In this document: positions 34,852 through 57,204 of the stretch, piece by piece | Layout of the letters: every line of letters begins with the position of its first letter | Numbering within the stretch: the stretch's first letter is position 1 | Assembly: GCF_009914755.1 (NCBI RefSeq) | Contig: NC_060935.1 | Length of the DNA: 64,000 nucleotides | Direction: 5' to 3' (one strand) | Origin: the human T2T-CHM13v2.0 reference genome, Homo sapiens | Made by a program: the position numbers and the translations under genes | Notes under the pieces: model-generated | What the model was told of the DNA's origin: nothing | Database searches by the model: none | What the model saw: the letters and a program-made list of their open reading frames with translations, nothing else

Positions 34852-36814
34852 GTAAGGCTTGGCAGTGAGGAGCCCAGGCTGGAGGGTTGGAAGGGCACTG
34901 ACCAGTACAGGAGGGAGGGGGCAGTGTTTGGAGCCGCTGGGGAGCTGCTGGCCACTGCCCATGGGGAAAGGTGGGACTTGGGTTTATCCTGAGCTGTCCA
35001 CCTGTCTGAGCACCTAGAGCCCTGAGAAGGCCCCCGCTCCTGGCCCTGCTGTCTGTCTTTCTGCTGGTGGTGGAGGAGTGGACACGCCTGCCCCCCAGGT
35101 CGTGCTGGGACTGGGTGGTCCAGGAACAGTACCGCAGGAGGGAGGGAGGAAGGGGGCCTTGTCTGCCGAGCATAACCTTTGCCACAACCTGGGTGGTGTT
35201 TGGGAACCATGATTTCACCTTGTCCTCAGGCCTAGGCCAGTCTTGCAGATGGAAGTTGTAGTTAGGGTGGCGAGACCACTGTGTGGCAGGAGCAAGACAG
35301 ACCCAGGCCTGAGTGGCTTCCCGGTCGGCCTCTTTGAACTGTTCCTGTTCCTTGGGGACAGGGAGGAGAAGGGACATGGCTCAGGAAGTAGGCCCCTCTG
35401 ACCCTGAGGCTCTTAGTGAGGGTGGGAAGAGTAGAGACTTGACTTCTCTGGGAGGGGGGTCTTCAGCCTCCAGCCCTGCCTGGCTGGCCTCGTGACCACC
35501 CACATCCTGCCCTTTCAAGCTGAAATTGCAAGATGGAGGGACTTAAGGGCGGTGGCTCTCTAGACACTCAGCCCAGGGTCCCTCAGTGAACAGGGTCTCT
35601 GAGCCTGCTGGTTCGCACAGGAGGGGGCCAAGGGAGAGGCTGCCCCATGTTGTTTAGTAAATCGGTGCCATAGGCCGGGCGAGTTTTCTTAGCTTACACA
35701 TTCCCTTCGTTATAGAGGAATGCAGGCAAGAAGAGGGTGACCAGTCCCATTGAGGGAGTGCGTAGGACAGCCTGGTTTAGGTCCAAGGGGCCCCCAGCAG
35801 TTATGTCTTCTCCTGAGGCTGCTGGTTGGGGGAGAGGGAACATTTGGCACCCCTGCTCCCCACCCTCATCCTTCTCTCCACCCCCTCCCCCCTGCCAGTA
35901 GGAGCTTCCTGCTCAGCTGCTGCTGGGAGGTGCCCGCCCACCCTCTTCCTGCTGCCCCGGCTCCTCGGCCACCTCATGCCCAGCCTGGTCACCTCTCTTT
36001 CACCTCCGGGCCTCGAGTCAGGACTGTGGGCCCCTTGGTTTGTGTCTGAAAGCTGGGGGTACAGTTCTGCATGGGTTGGCCCCTGCCTTACCTCGGGAAG
36101 CTCCCAGAGCCTGCTGGGCAGCCTGCCTCCTCCTCTCACCTCCTCCGTCTCCACTCCCTCCTCACCACATTCCGGCTCTCCCACGGCCGGAGGCCGTGAA
36201 TGGGCTGCTTTGTTGCCCGGCCCACACAGGAGGATGGTGGCAGAAGACCCCGGCACAAAGTCAGCACCCACTCTGTTCCCAGGCTGGGTTCAGGGAGGCT
36301 GAAAAGCCACTTCAGCTGTGACTTGGGCCCCCCCAGAACCCTTTTCCCCCGGCCCCTGCACCCCTGATGGGGTGAACCGGTGACAGATGCCCCAGGGCCG
36401 TGAGTGCCCTGCAAGGGCAGGGAGGGGCGCTGTCTTCTGGAGCTGCCCTTCATGCCGGATGTTTTGGCAGGGCTTAGCCTTCTCAATGTCGTTGTCACTC
36501 TGCGTGGAACAGGGCTCCAGGGCCCTTCCGTCCCATTTGGATAGCAGCCTCCAGGCAGGAAGGCCCCATCTGGAAGTGTCTGGGACTGCGGGAGTTCTGA
36601 AGACAGGAAGGAGTCTTTTGAGCTGCTGGGGCTTGGGGTTAAGGCTGGTCAGGGCTGGGCTGTAGGCAGCAGGAAGGACATCCTTGTCTCCAGGGTGTCC
36701 CTAGGCCCCATCTTGTCAGTTACTGTGCTTGTTCCACAAGGACGTGCAAAGCCTCTCTCAGGCCACGTGGTATTCTAGATGCTGGGAATACAGGAGGGAA
36801 GACCCTGGTGGAAC

Positions 36815-37146
<332 letters not shown>

Positions 37147-38895
37147 TAGAGCCTAAAGGATGGTAAAGGGGGGTTTAGGAAGCAGAGCTCTGTTCCTGGT
37201 TTAGCCAGTAGCCCCATGTGGCCTCAGGCACTGTGCCTTCCCCAGCTTCAGTTTCCCTGCTGTAAAGTGGGTGATCTCCATGTCCTCCAGCCCTTTGAGT
37301 TCCCAGACAGAGAGAGCATGAGGACCCCATGAGGGGCTCAGTGGCCAAGTGAGGGGAGTTAATGGAGCCCTTTCTGGAGGGAGTGGGGAGGCAACTATTG
37401 GGGGTAAATGGTGTTTCCCTACTGGAGGTGGTGACAGATGGGTGGGGCCCAGGGTCTAGGTTGTAAAGGAGGGCTGTGGGGCCTCTGGGAAATCTGGACC
37501 AGAAATGTTGGGACGAGAAAGGGCTGCAGAGGCTGGATGCAGGGGTGGGTGGAAGGGCTGTGGGCAAGGGGGCCCGTGTGGAGCTGTGGCTGCTCTTCCA
37601 GGTGGAAGGCCCAGATGGCCCAAAGAGCAGAGACAAGGACCCCTGGCCTCAGGCCAGCAGGAGGGGCGATTGGCCATCAGTGGGGACTGCCTAAGGGTAG
37701 AGCAGGGAGATGTGGATCAGGCAGCGCTCGGGAAGCTTGGAGCAAGCGCTGGCTCCTGCACCCCGGTGACGGACATCCCCATACATCTCTGGATGAACTT
37801 GGAAGTGGCCTCACACCTCTCAAAGGCAGAGAACCCGGTGGCCACTGTTTTTTGGTGGGTGCTGGTGTGTGAGCTGAAAGGCTTTGTCCCTCCTGGCCTG
37901 AGGCATTGAGTCCTGGGTCCAGAGCAGTGGTGGCATGGGGCAGCCTGGAGTTTGAGGGGCTGGACTGCTGCACTTGGTCATTCTGCCAACCCCTGGCGAG
38001 GTCACTGTGCCCCAGGGATACGGCGGTGGACAATTCTGCAGCCCCTGTGGGTGGCAGCAGCGAGGAATGTCAGGTAGTGATCAGCCTGTGAAGGCAAACA
38101 GATGTGGCACCATTGGGGTGATGGAAAATTTTGAGGAGGGGCTGCCTTAATTAGGGGTCCAGGGAAGGTGGCCCTTGAACTTAGACCTGAATCAGCCAGC
38201 CACGGGAGGATCTGGGGCAAAGGAGTCCAGGAAAAGAAGAACATCAAGCGCAGAGGCCCTGGCACAAGCAAGCTGGGGATGATTTAAGGAGATTTAAGAA
38301 GGCCAAGGTGGCAGGAGCAGAGTGGGAGAGGCAGTGAGAGAGGAGATAAGGTGGGAGGGCCAGGCAGGAGCTGGGTTGCGTGTGGGCCACGGAGGTGCAG
38401 AGCTTGCAGGATGGAAGGTCAGCTGGAGCTCCTCAGAGGTGTCAGAGGTGGGCAGTGATGACGGGGAGGCCCAGGCTCTGCCAGTGGGGGGGCAAGGCAG
38501 CCCCTTGGGCCTCTGGGCCCCAGTTGTCAATTTCCAGTTCTGCTTCCTGATGGCACTGAGGGTTCCTTTGTGCCCCAGCACCTTCCATTGGCCAGTCTCC
38601 AGTTTCAGCTTGCCGTGGGGCTGCAGTGAACACTTAGTGGCTGGCTCTGCCTGGAGCCAGACCCCCGTCGCTTGCTGTGTGACTGTGGACAAGGAACTTG
38701 GCCTCTCTGAGGCTCATTTGCTCTATGGGTGAAATGGGGGATAGGGTTATTGCAGAGTAAATGGCTCTGGACCCTTGGCACCTGCTCAGTTACTATTGGT
38801 TGCGACTGTCGTCATGCTGTGCGGTGTGATAGGTGGAAGGGCAGCCACTGGACTGGCCGGAGGCTGCATGGGCCACTCCCCATCTCGTCCTGCAG

Positions 38896-38997
38896 AGGTG
38901 CAGCTGAAACCCAAGCACCAGCCCTACAAGCTGGGACGCCAGTGGCCGGAGCTGCTGCTGCGCTTCACCAGTGCCCCAGACGATGACGTGGCCATGG
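38896..38997 (+). CDS. FRMD8: FRMD8 coding exon 3 ([34 protein letters not shown])
   Basis: ctgcag| acceptor and |gtcagt donor; 102 nt. Confidence 0.95.
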
Positions 38998-39363
38998 GTC
39001 AGTGCTGCTGCCTGTCTGTCCTTGCCTCGGGACCACCTGAGTCTGCATCTCTGGCTCCCAGCCCAGCCAGGGCCCTGCCAGCAAGGAGCTGCCCTGGCTG
39101 AGGGGCAGGGCCTGCATCTCCCCCAGGCTCCGTCAGCCACCCCTGGCAGGGGAGGAAGGGGTCCCTGAGTGAAGCCCCACTGGGGGATGGGCTGGGAGCC
39201 ACCGGGGCACGTTGGGATGAGCTGCACACTCCACCCTCTGCACGGCCCTCCGGTTTTCTCAGCCCTGGTGGGTGAGGTTGGTGGCCAGGGCCTGGGCCAA
39301 TCGGGAGAGGGGAGGGCTAAGCAGAGTGGGGATGCCCGGCAGTGACCCAGCCTCTCTCCCCAG

Positions 39364-39422
39364 ATGAGCCTTTCCTGCAGTTCCGAAGGAACGTGTTCTT
39401 CCCAAAGCGGCGGGAGCTCCAG
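39364..39422 (+). CDS. FRMD8: FRMD8 coding exon 4 ([20 protein letters not shown])
   Basis: cccag| acceptor and CAG|gtgagg donor; 59 nt. Confidence 0.95.
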
Positions 39423-39581
39423 GTGAGGCAGGAGCCCTGGTGGCCCCACCAGGCCTGGCCCCTTGTGCCCAGCCTCCCTGTCCCTAGACCCCTGGACATT
39501 CGCACCTTGCCCCAGCCCAACTGAGCAGCTCTCCCTGCCCCAGCCCAGCTGAGCGGCTGTCCCTGCCACACCCCCCTGCAG

Positions 39582-39748
39582 ATCCATGACGAGGAGGTCC
39601 TGCGGCTGCTCTATGAGGAGGCCAAGGGCAACGTGCTGGCTGCACGGTACCCGTGCGACGTGGAGGACTGCGAGGCTCTGGGCGCCCTGGTGTGCCGCGT
39701 GCAGCTTGGGCCCTACCAGCCCGGCCGGCCGGCAGCCTGCGACCTGAG
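39582..39748 (+). CDS. FRMD8: FRMD8 coding exon 5 ([25 protein letters not shown]...ACDLR)
   Basis: ctgcag| acceptor and AG|gtgagg donor; 167 nt; FERM F2 helix motif LLYEEAK..V...RYPC. Confidence 0.95.
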
Positions 39749-40268
39749 GTGAGGGCCTGTGTGACTTGAGGCGGGGGCGCTGGGTGGGGGAGTTTGTCCT
39801 TGGAATGGAACTTACAAGCAGTCTTCAGTCTCGCAAGGTGGGGGCAGGGTCCTGGAGTCAGGAGGCCTCAGCCCCGCAGGCTCACTCTGGCCCTAGGCAG
39901 TTGTTCCGCCCCTCAGCCTCCTTTTCCTCACCTGTCCTGGGCTGGAGCCTCAGGTGAAGTGAAGTCTGGGAGAAGAATCTGGAGCCCTGCCTCCTGCCGG
40001 CCAGGGTCAGAGGAGCTGGGCTTTTGGAGTCACAGCCAGGGACCACCCAGATACTGACCCTTTGTCACCAGTAACAGGCCAGCTTAGTTCCAGACTTCTG
40101 GGGTGTTCCCCAGGCGGTCGGCAAGCTGGCTGTCCACCTCCCAGCCCTCTCCAGGAGCCGAGTTCTCTGCTGTGTAAATTAGCAGGGCCTTGGGTGGCGA
40201 GGATTGAGTCTGCCCTGCCAAAGCCCAGGCCGGTCTCTGGTCTCCATGGAGGATTATCCCGAGGTTTA

Positions 40269-40900
<632 letters not shown>

Positions 40901-42121
40901 TTATCTGATGGCCGGTCCACAGCCCACAGAGTACCCGCTGCCTGAGGCGGGGAACCAACTGTGGGTATGCCAGGGCCTCTCCTCCTTCATGTGGGGCGGG
41001 GGAGATGCCCTTTCTTTTGTGAGCCTGTGCTAGTTGTAGGTTGGCGTTTTCACGTTTTTATCTGGCAGAACAAAGCATTGAGAGCATTAAAACCCCTGCA
41101 CCAGTTTTGGTTATAAAAGTTCCACCAGTTCAGAAATCCCAACGTTCCTGACTTGGTGACACAGATGTTGCTCTGAAACCCTCCTGCTGCAGTCTGATTC
41201 TAGGCAGGTGGGGGCTCTTTGTTCGGCCTCCAGACCTTCCCTCAGCCTCTCACCTCTGCTGTGAGCTGCAGACCTGGGCCCATCTCCTGGGCCTCCTTCA
41301 CTCGCCTGGCTGCCCTGTGTGTCTGTGTGCCCTCGCAGGTGGGGGTCAGGGACCTCTGCAGTGCCGGGCACACTGCGGGTGCTCAGGGTGGTGGGTTCCT
41401 TCCCTTCTGGGGGTGAAGAGGGGCCTGGTGACTCCTCGTGTCTTTCCCTTCGGCTCCTATGAGTTTCCTGGGTGGACACGTGGTAACCAACCAGGCAGGA
41501 GGCAGGAAGGGTTGGGTGACAGGACCAGGCCCCATGGGGGCCCTTGGTGCACATGGGGCTGCAGTGCAGAGGCTGCCGGCTCAGGCAGGACTGGTGGGAA
41601 GTGCAGGAAGGTGGGGCCCGGGTTCCTGTTCCTGGATGGAGATGCAGGCATCTGGAGCCGCAGGATGAGCCTTTGGCTTCAGACGGTGACCCCGGGTCAG
41701 ACGGGCAGAGGGACAGCCCCAGGTGGGCCTCATAGGGAGCCCCATCACAATCCTTGGCCTGCACCTGGAGAGCTTGTCAAGTTTTAGGGCCGGGGGAGCT
41801 CACCTGGGACAGGTGGGGGTGTCACCATCCCCACTCTGCAAAGGAAGCAGGCGCAGGACAGGAGGTGCCTCTCACCAGCTGTACAGCTGCTCTCGGCAGA
41901 AGCAGACAGGCTGGCCCTGGAGTCTGCCCTTCGGAGGGGGGCCGAGAACTGAACCCCCTCTGTCTAGTGCCTGGGTCTCCCCTTGTGGGCTCCTTACCCA
42001 GCCTCTGACTTGGAAGTAGATGTGTGTCTGCTTCCTCCAGGCAGCCTTGCTTCCCTCGCCCTCCCCCGTGAGCCTGGCACCTCTGGTTGGGCCGCTAGCA
42101 CCTGTCTTCCTTCCTCCACAG

Positions 42122-42343
42122 GGAGAAGCTGGACTCCTTCCTCCCTGCCCACCTCTGTAAGCGGGGCCAGAGTCTCTTTGCTGCCCTCCGGGGCCGTGGG
42201 GCCAGGGCCGGGCCGGGCGAGCAGGGCCTGCTGAACGCCTACCGCCAGGTGCAGGAGGTCAGCAGCGACGGCGGGTGCGAGGCCGCCCTGGGCACCCACT
42301 ACCGCGCCTATCTCCTCAAGTGCCACGAGCTGCCGTTTTATGG
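42122..42343 (+). CDS. FRMD8: FRMD8 coding exon 6 ([11 protein letters not shown]...[12 protein letters not shown])
   Basis: cacag| acceptor and |gtaaga donor; 222 nt, phase 2-2; FERM LPxYG motif. Confidence 0.95.
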
Positions 42344-43034
42344 GTAAGAGCCACAGCCCCGCGGTCCCCCACCCCCTCCGCAGGCTGTTCTTGGGCTTTG
42401 CTAGCACAGCTGCCAGTGAGCCCACCTCTGCTCCAGCTGAGCTGTGTCCCCATGAAGTGGTGTCTTGTCACGAGCACCTCAGGCCCCACCGTTCCAAGCT
42501 GGGCACCTGTCCTCCCCTTCCTCCTGTCAGGGGCTGGGACACCTTGGATGGGTCCTCTCCTTCTACCTGGCACAGTCACCTCGTCACTGGCCCGGCCGAC
42601 CTCGCCTTCAGCCAGCTGTCTCTGTCACGCAATTGTTGTCTAACAAACAGCTCTGTGCACCTACTGCACGCACGCTCCCTGGGCACTGGAGGTCCCCCTG
42701 AGCCAGAGACACCGTGCCCCTGCCTGATGAAGCTGATGTTCTAGTGGAGAGAGACGAGAACACAGAGGTTGAGGAGAGCCTGTCATTGGGCACAGGCGGC
42801 AGCCAGGAGACCAGAGGATGGGGTGTGGCTTGGGCCTTGTGGTCAGAACAGGTGAGATGGTCAGATGCAGGACGTTCTGAGGGCAGAGTGACAGGATTTG
42901 CCAGATGGATGTGCAGTGGATGAAGCGAAGGAGAGGAGGCAGAGAGGACTGGCCTAAGCCCCTGGCAGATGGCGTTGTCCTCCGCTGAGCTGGGGGCGGC
43001 ACTGTGGAGTGGTCAGGGAAAGTTTAGGAATTTG

Positions 43035-44616
<1,582 letters not shown>

Positions 44617-45054
44617 CTCTTCTCAGTTTTGAGCCCTGGAGCCACTCCCCTCACCTCCTCGTGCTTCCCAGCAGGTCCCTGCTGCTGAAAGGTCTCCGCC
44701 TGGACAGTGGTCAGCAGGCTCTCCTGGCCACCTCCAGCAGCCCTGGCCCCCAGACCAAGTGCCAAACCCACGACTGGCTTTGCTCCACACCTGGGGCCAC
44801 GCGCTTCCCTCCGCCTGCAGTGCCCACCCTTCTCTGTGCCATCAGGCCCTTCTCCCTCCGGTCGCACACTGCCAGCTCAGATGCTGCCACCCCTACGAAG
44901 CCTCCCCTTCATCCCACCTCTGTTTCTCCCTTCCCTGGGGCGGGTTTCAGTCACCCAAACAGCAGAAGTTCCTCAGAGCCCAGGTTGGGGCCTCGAGCAG
45001 CCTCCCTCAGCATTTCTGGTGCTGGCCGGAGGCTGACCCCAGTCCCCTCCCCAG

Positions 45055-45178
45055 GTGTGCCTTCTTCCACGGTGAGGTTGACAAGCCGGCCCAAGGCTTT
45101 TTGCACCGGGGTGGGCGCAAGCCAGTTTCTGTGGCCATCAGTCTGGAAGGCGTGCACGTCATCGATAGCAGAGAGAAG
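45055..45178 (+). CDS. FRMD8: FRMD8 coding exon 7 ([41 protein letters not shown])
   Basis: cccag| acceptor and AAG|gtactg donor; 124 nt; FERM F3. Confidence 0.95.
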
Positions 45179-46042
45179 GTACTGCCCCCAGCTCCTCCAG
45201 GGTGGAGAGGATGGGAGGGGGCTCCTGACTCAGGTCTTCCTGGTTCCTCTGGGCCTGTGGGGGCCTGGGGGCAAGGTGGATGGACTGTCTGGGAGGGACC
45301 CTGCCTCCGTTGGATGTCCTCGTAGCCCCTGAGGGTGATCCTGGGTCCTCTTGCCCAACATGCTAGGCTGTGGGGTGGCCGGGGCAGGGGAGGCCGCAGC
45401 TGGGACTTCACTGCTGAGTGGAGGGAGGGCAGCAGGGCCCGCTGCTCTGCCTGGCTGATGGCTGGAGAACAGCCTGATGCTCCAGAAGACCCCGCGACGG
45501 GAGCCCTCTTGGGCTGACCGTGTCCTCTTCTTTCTGCGTTTGGTGGCCAGCCCTGGGTAGAGAGCCGCGTCAGCAGCCAGCCCTGTGGGGCAGATTACCT
45601 GTCCCTGGGCAGAAATTTGCTCCTAAGCCAGCAGAAGAGTTTTGGCTGGCTTCTGGTTGTCCCGGAAGAAGGACCCCAGCCCCTGCTGCCATCTGTGTCC
45701 TGGGAGGCAGGGCCCAGCTCAGCCTCATGCTAGATGCCACGCCCGACCTCATAGAAGAGACTCCGCTTCCCCACCTGCCTCCTCCCCCACGTGCCTCCCC
45801 CGCTGTCAGGGGCTTGGCCTGCTGGTGGGACTGTTGTGGGAGAGGGGATCTCAGCTTCCCTGGACCACAGCCCCTGGCAGGCTCTGATGAAAGCTGAGGC
45901 TCTCTCCTTACAGAAACACATGAACAAATGTAGACTCAGCCTTGGAGAGGCACACACCCTGGCCAGGTGTCTGAGTGGGATGGGGTGGGGAGCAGACCTC
46001 TGCCCAGGGGTCAAGCCTGGCTCTGTGTCTCCTGCTGGCCAG

Positions 46043-46186
46043 CATGTCCTGCTGGGCCTGCGCTTCCAGGAGCTGTCGTGGGACCACACCTCCCCCGAGG
46101 AGGAGGAGCCCATCTTGTGGCTGGAGTTCGACGGGGACAGCGAGGGCACACCTGTCAACAAGCTCCTCAAGATCTACTCCAAGCAG
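46043..46186 (+). CDS. FRMD8: FRMD8 coding exon 8 ([14 protein letters not shown]...LLKIYSKQ)
   Basis: ccag| acceptor and CAG|gtagcg donor; 144 nt. Confidence 0.95.
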
Positions 46187-46620
46187 GTAGCGCGGGTGGT
46201 GCCTGCACACGGGTGGGGAGGCTGGGCCCAGGTGCCCTGGGTCCCAGACAATTAGAGGCACCAGGCTGGCGGGCAAGGAGGTGAGAAGCTGCCTTGGGCC
46301 TGAGGATGAAAGCGGCCTGGGCACAAGGGGTGCCTTGAGTCCTGCTGACCCAGAGCTGCCCTGGGAGGTCAGGAGGCCTGGTCTGCAGACTCCACGCCGG
46401 TGGTGGTGGCAGCTGTGGGGTTCGGGCAGCTGTTTGTTGAGGGCTTGCTGAGTGCTTTGAGACCAGCCTGCACCCTCCCCTCCTGTCCCCAAGACCAGTG
46501 CTGTTGTGACCCTATTCACAGTCACCTGCGGTGGGCGTGGAAACGTTGGGCCTCTCCAAGCCTGTGTTTGATTTTCCCCTTCATTCGTCGTGTTTTACTC
46601 AGCACCGAGCACCTCTTCCA

Positions 46621-46728
46621 CCCCAGCCTCCCTCCCCAGCCTCCCTCCCCAGCCTCCCTCCCCTGCCTCCCTCCCCTGCTTCCCTCCCCTGCTTCCCTCC
46701 CCAGCCTCCCTCCCCTGCCCCTCCCTCT
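46621..46728. repeat. 13-bp pyrimidine-rich minisatellite (CCCCWGCYTCCCT) x about 8
   Basis: Read directly. Confidence 0.9.
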
Positions 46729-47169
46729 CCCACTTGGGTCACATCAGACGCCCCTCCCTCCCACAGGGCCCTTTCAGGACTGTTCCCACCCCTTCCTCCT
46801 TTCATCTCGGGTCTCTCTGGATCCTTCATTCCACACCTCTCCGGCTTCCTTTTGGTGCCCTTCACCCCTCCCTTGGCAGCCAGACCCCACCCCTGCGCCT
46901 CCCATGCTGGGGGCTGCTTCTAGCCCCATCGGCCTCTGCTTTGCCACAGGAGGGCCCCCTCCCCCTTCTCAGCTTAACTACATGCTCCTGGAAGCTTCTT
47001 TCCGCCCCCACCAGCCACCTCCTCCCCCAGCTTCCCCTGCTGCTCCCCATTTTCCTGGCCCCCCTCGAGGGCACTCCTCTCCCTGCCTCATGGCTTTGAA
47101 CTCCAAGATATTCTCACCTTTATGTTCAAAGTTCACAATTTTCTTTTTTTTTTTTTTTTTTTGAGACGG

Positions 47170-49100
<1,931 letters not shown>

Positions 49101-50182
49101 TTCCTCTTTTGGCTGCATTTGAACGGCAGGCTTCCTGAGCCTCAGAGGCATGTTGCTGTGCAGGAGTTTTTGTTCTAGGAAACTTAGTAGGCTTCCCTGT
49201 TATGGTTGCACTCAGGACTCTGTCCCCACCGGCTGCCGTCCCCTCGCCAGCCCACTGCCCTTTGGCTGGTGGAGTCCACTTGGTGAGGAGAGGAGTGTGG
49301 GTGGACTGAGCTGAGGGCAGGGAGCGTGGAGAGCCCACCAGGCCTCTGCTCTTCCTTCTGGGCCGAGCAGCGGTGCCCACCTGCCCAGCCCAGAGGGATT
49401 GTAGCTGCCCTGTGGAGAGGCAGGAGCCAGGCCAGTCTCCGCAGGGCCACTCCAGCATCTGACCCAGCCCCACCAGTCAGGAGCACAGGTGGCCATTCCT
49501 GTCTACTTGGCCTCATCTTATCCCAGGCCTGCAGCAGTGCTTGGCACGTGGGAGGCACTCAGGAAATACCTGTGTCCTAAGGGGTGCCACCCTTTTAACA
49601 CCCTCTGCGACTCCCTCAAACCCCTGAAGGCCCTGTCCTTGGTGCCCAGCTGTGCCCGCTGGCACCCGGCTGCTGCATCTTTTCTGTCAGTGTGCCTCAT
49701 GCTTCACACCTGTTGAGTAGGAGTCACTTTTGAAGAACGTGCTGGCAGGGAGCCGCCCGCCCCTGCCCTGGTGACATCGCGCCCCTTCCTCCTGGCTGCA
49801 GGTTTTCCTCCCAGCCAGCACCACCCGCCTCCCCGCCCCGCTTCCCCACTCTTCGTCCTCTCTGCAGCAGCTGGCTCCCTACCCCCTCCCTCCCCACCTG
49901 CTTCTGCCCATGGAGTCAGCCTTCCTGGGCTGTGCCTTCTGACCAGAATGTTCTTTCTTTCCCACCTGAACTCCCAGATCTGGAGACCCCTCCTCATCCA
50001 CCAGGACTCACCTTCACAGTCACCCAAGTGGGACACCTCCCCTGTCTCCCTGCTCCCTCCCTCCTGAGTGATGTGTGTCCCCTCCCCTGCTTCCCCAACC
50101 AGAGAGCAGAGCTCATTTCAGGCTCAGCAACAGGCATGGAAGGGGGCCCTGGCCAGGCCTCACACTGCCCCCTCCTCCCCAG

Positions 50183-50387
50183 GCCGAACTGATGAGCAGT
50201 CTCATTGAGTACTGCATCGAACTGAGCCAGGCGGCGGAGCCCGCAGGCCCCCAGGACAGTGCGACTGGCTCGCCCTCGGACCCCAGCTCCTCACTGGCTC
50301 CTGTTCAGCGCCCCAAGCTGCGGAGGCAGGGCAGTGTGGTGTCCAGCCGGATCCAGCATCTCTCCACCATCGACTACGTGGAGGACG
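50183..50387 (+). CDS. FRMD8: FRMD8 coding exon 9 ([14 protein letters not shown]...[24 protein letters not shown])
   Basis: cccag| acceptor and G|gtgagc donor; 205 nt. Confidence 0.95.
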
Positions 50388-50633
50388 GTGAGCAGCCCTT
50401 CTGTGCATGTGCACACACAAACACGCATGCGCGTGCACACACCGGGGGGAGTTCCTGAGGACAGGGCATTGCAGAGCAGCTCCAGACCCAGTGTGAGCTG
50501 GCCTCCATCTCAGGACACAGCTGTGAGCAGGCCGAGCCCGGGCCTTGGCCATAGTGCCTTTCCTGTCCCTTCTCACTGCTGCGTCACAGACGTTCTGCAG
50601 CATTGTCCAGGATGTGATCCGGGAAACGACTCA

Positions 50634-56340
<5,707 letters not shown>

Positions 56341-56553
56341 TCTGTGATGACCTTAGGTCGGCAGTGTTAGGGAGCGCTGCTTGGGGTATACTGTAGCATG
56401 CTGAGCGGGGCTGAGGCTCGGATGAGGGGAGCTCAGTCTGACCAGGCTCTGGAAGGAGCCATCGCGCTGGAGCCAGAACCTGGCTTCCTGGGCCTGAGCC
56501 CCCTCACACAGGGACAGCGCCTCTGCTCAGTGTGCCCTCCCATTCCCTCGCAG

Positions 56554-56672
56554 GCAAGGGGATCAGGCGAGTGAAGCCGAAGCGCACCACATCCTTCTTC
56601 AGCCGGCAGCTGTCCTTGGGCCAGGGGAGCTACACCGTGGTGCAGCCCGGCGACAGCCTGGAGCAGGGCTGA
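56554..56672 (+). CDS. FRMD8: FRMD8 coding exon 10 (last; [39 protein letters not shown])
   Basis: cgcag| acceptor; 119 nt; TGA at 56670-56672. Confidence 0.95.
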
Positions 56673-57101
56673 GGACGCTGCACCCGGCAGGAGGAGGGCG
56701 ACTGGGGGCCCTGGCCCGGCACTGTCCTCCTGAGGGGCAGGCGCCGGCTGCAACAGTCTCATGGGTCACCACGTGGGGAGGGCTGCCTCAGCAGGTTTCT
56801 CAGACCACGGAGAAGTGACTTTTGGGCCCGGGGCCATGCCCGGGCTGTGCAAAGCTGGCCAGGGCCTCCTGTAGGGCTCCTCTGCAGCCTGCCCTGCCTT
56901 CCCCCGGATGCTGGGCCCTGCTGCTCTCTCAGGACCATCCGATCAAGCTGCAGCTGCCACCCTCACCTAGAAACATGCCTTTGTGCCCACCTCAAGATGG
57001 GCAGTGTCCCTGTTCTGAAGTGCCCAGTGGCAGCTCCAGTGGTAGAGGACCAAGGATTGAGGTTTGGGACCTGAAGCTCCAGTGTGTGCCTTTGGCCTCT
57101 T

Positions 57102-57204
57102 CCCTGGACTTGGGTGACCAGTCTCCGTCTTCCTCCTGCTAGTGCTCCACCCCCCGGACTTGGATGACCAGTTTCCCACCTTCCTCCTGCTGGTGCTCCA
57201 TCCC
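57102..57204. repeat. About 51-bp imperfect tandem duplication in FRMD8 3'UTR
   Basis: ccctggacttgggtgaccagtctccgtcttcctcctgctagtgctccacc / ccccggacttggatgaccagtttcccaccttcctcctgctggtgctccatcc. Confidence 0.85.
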
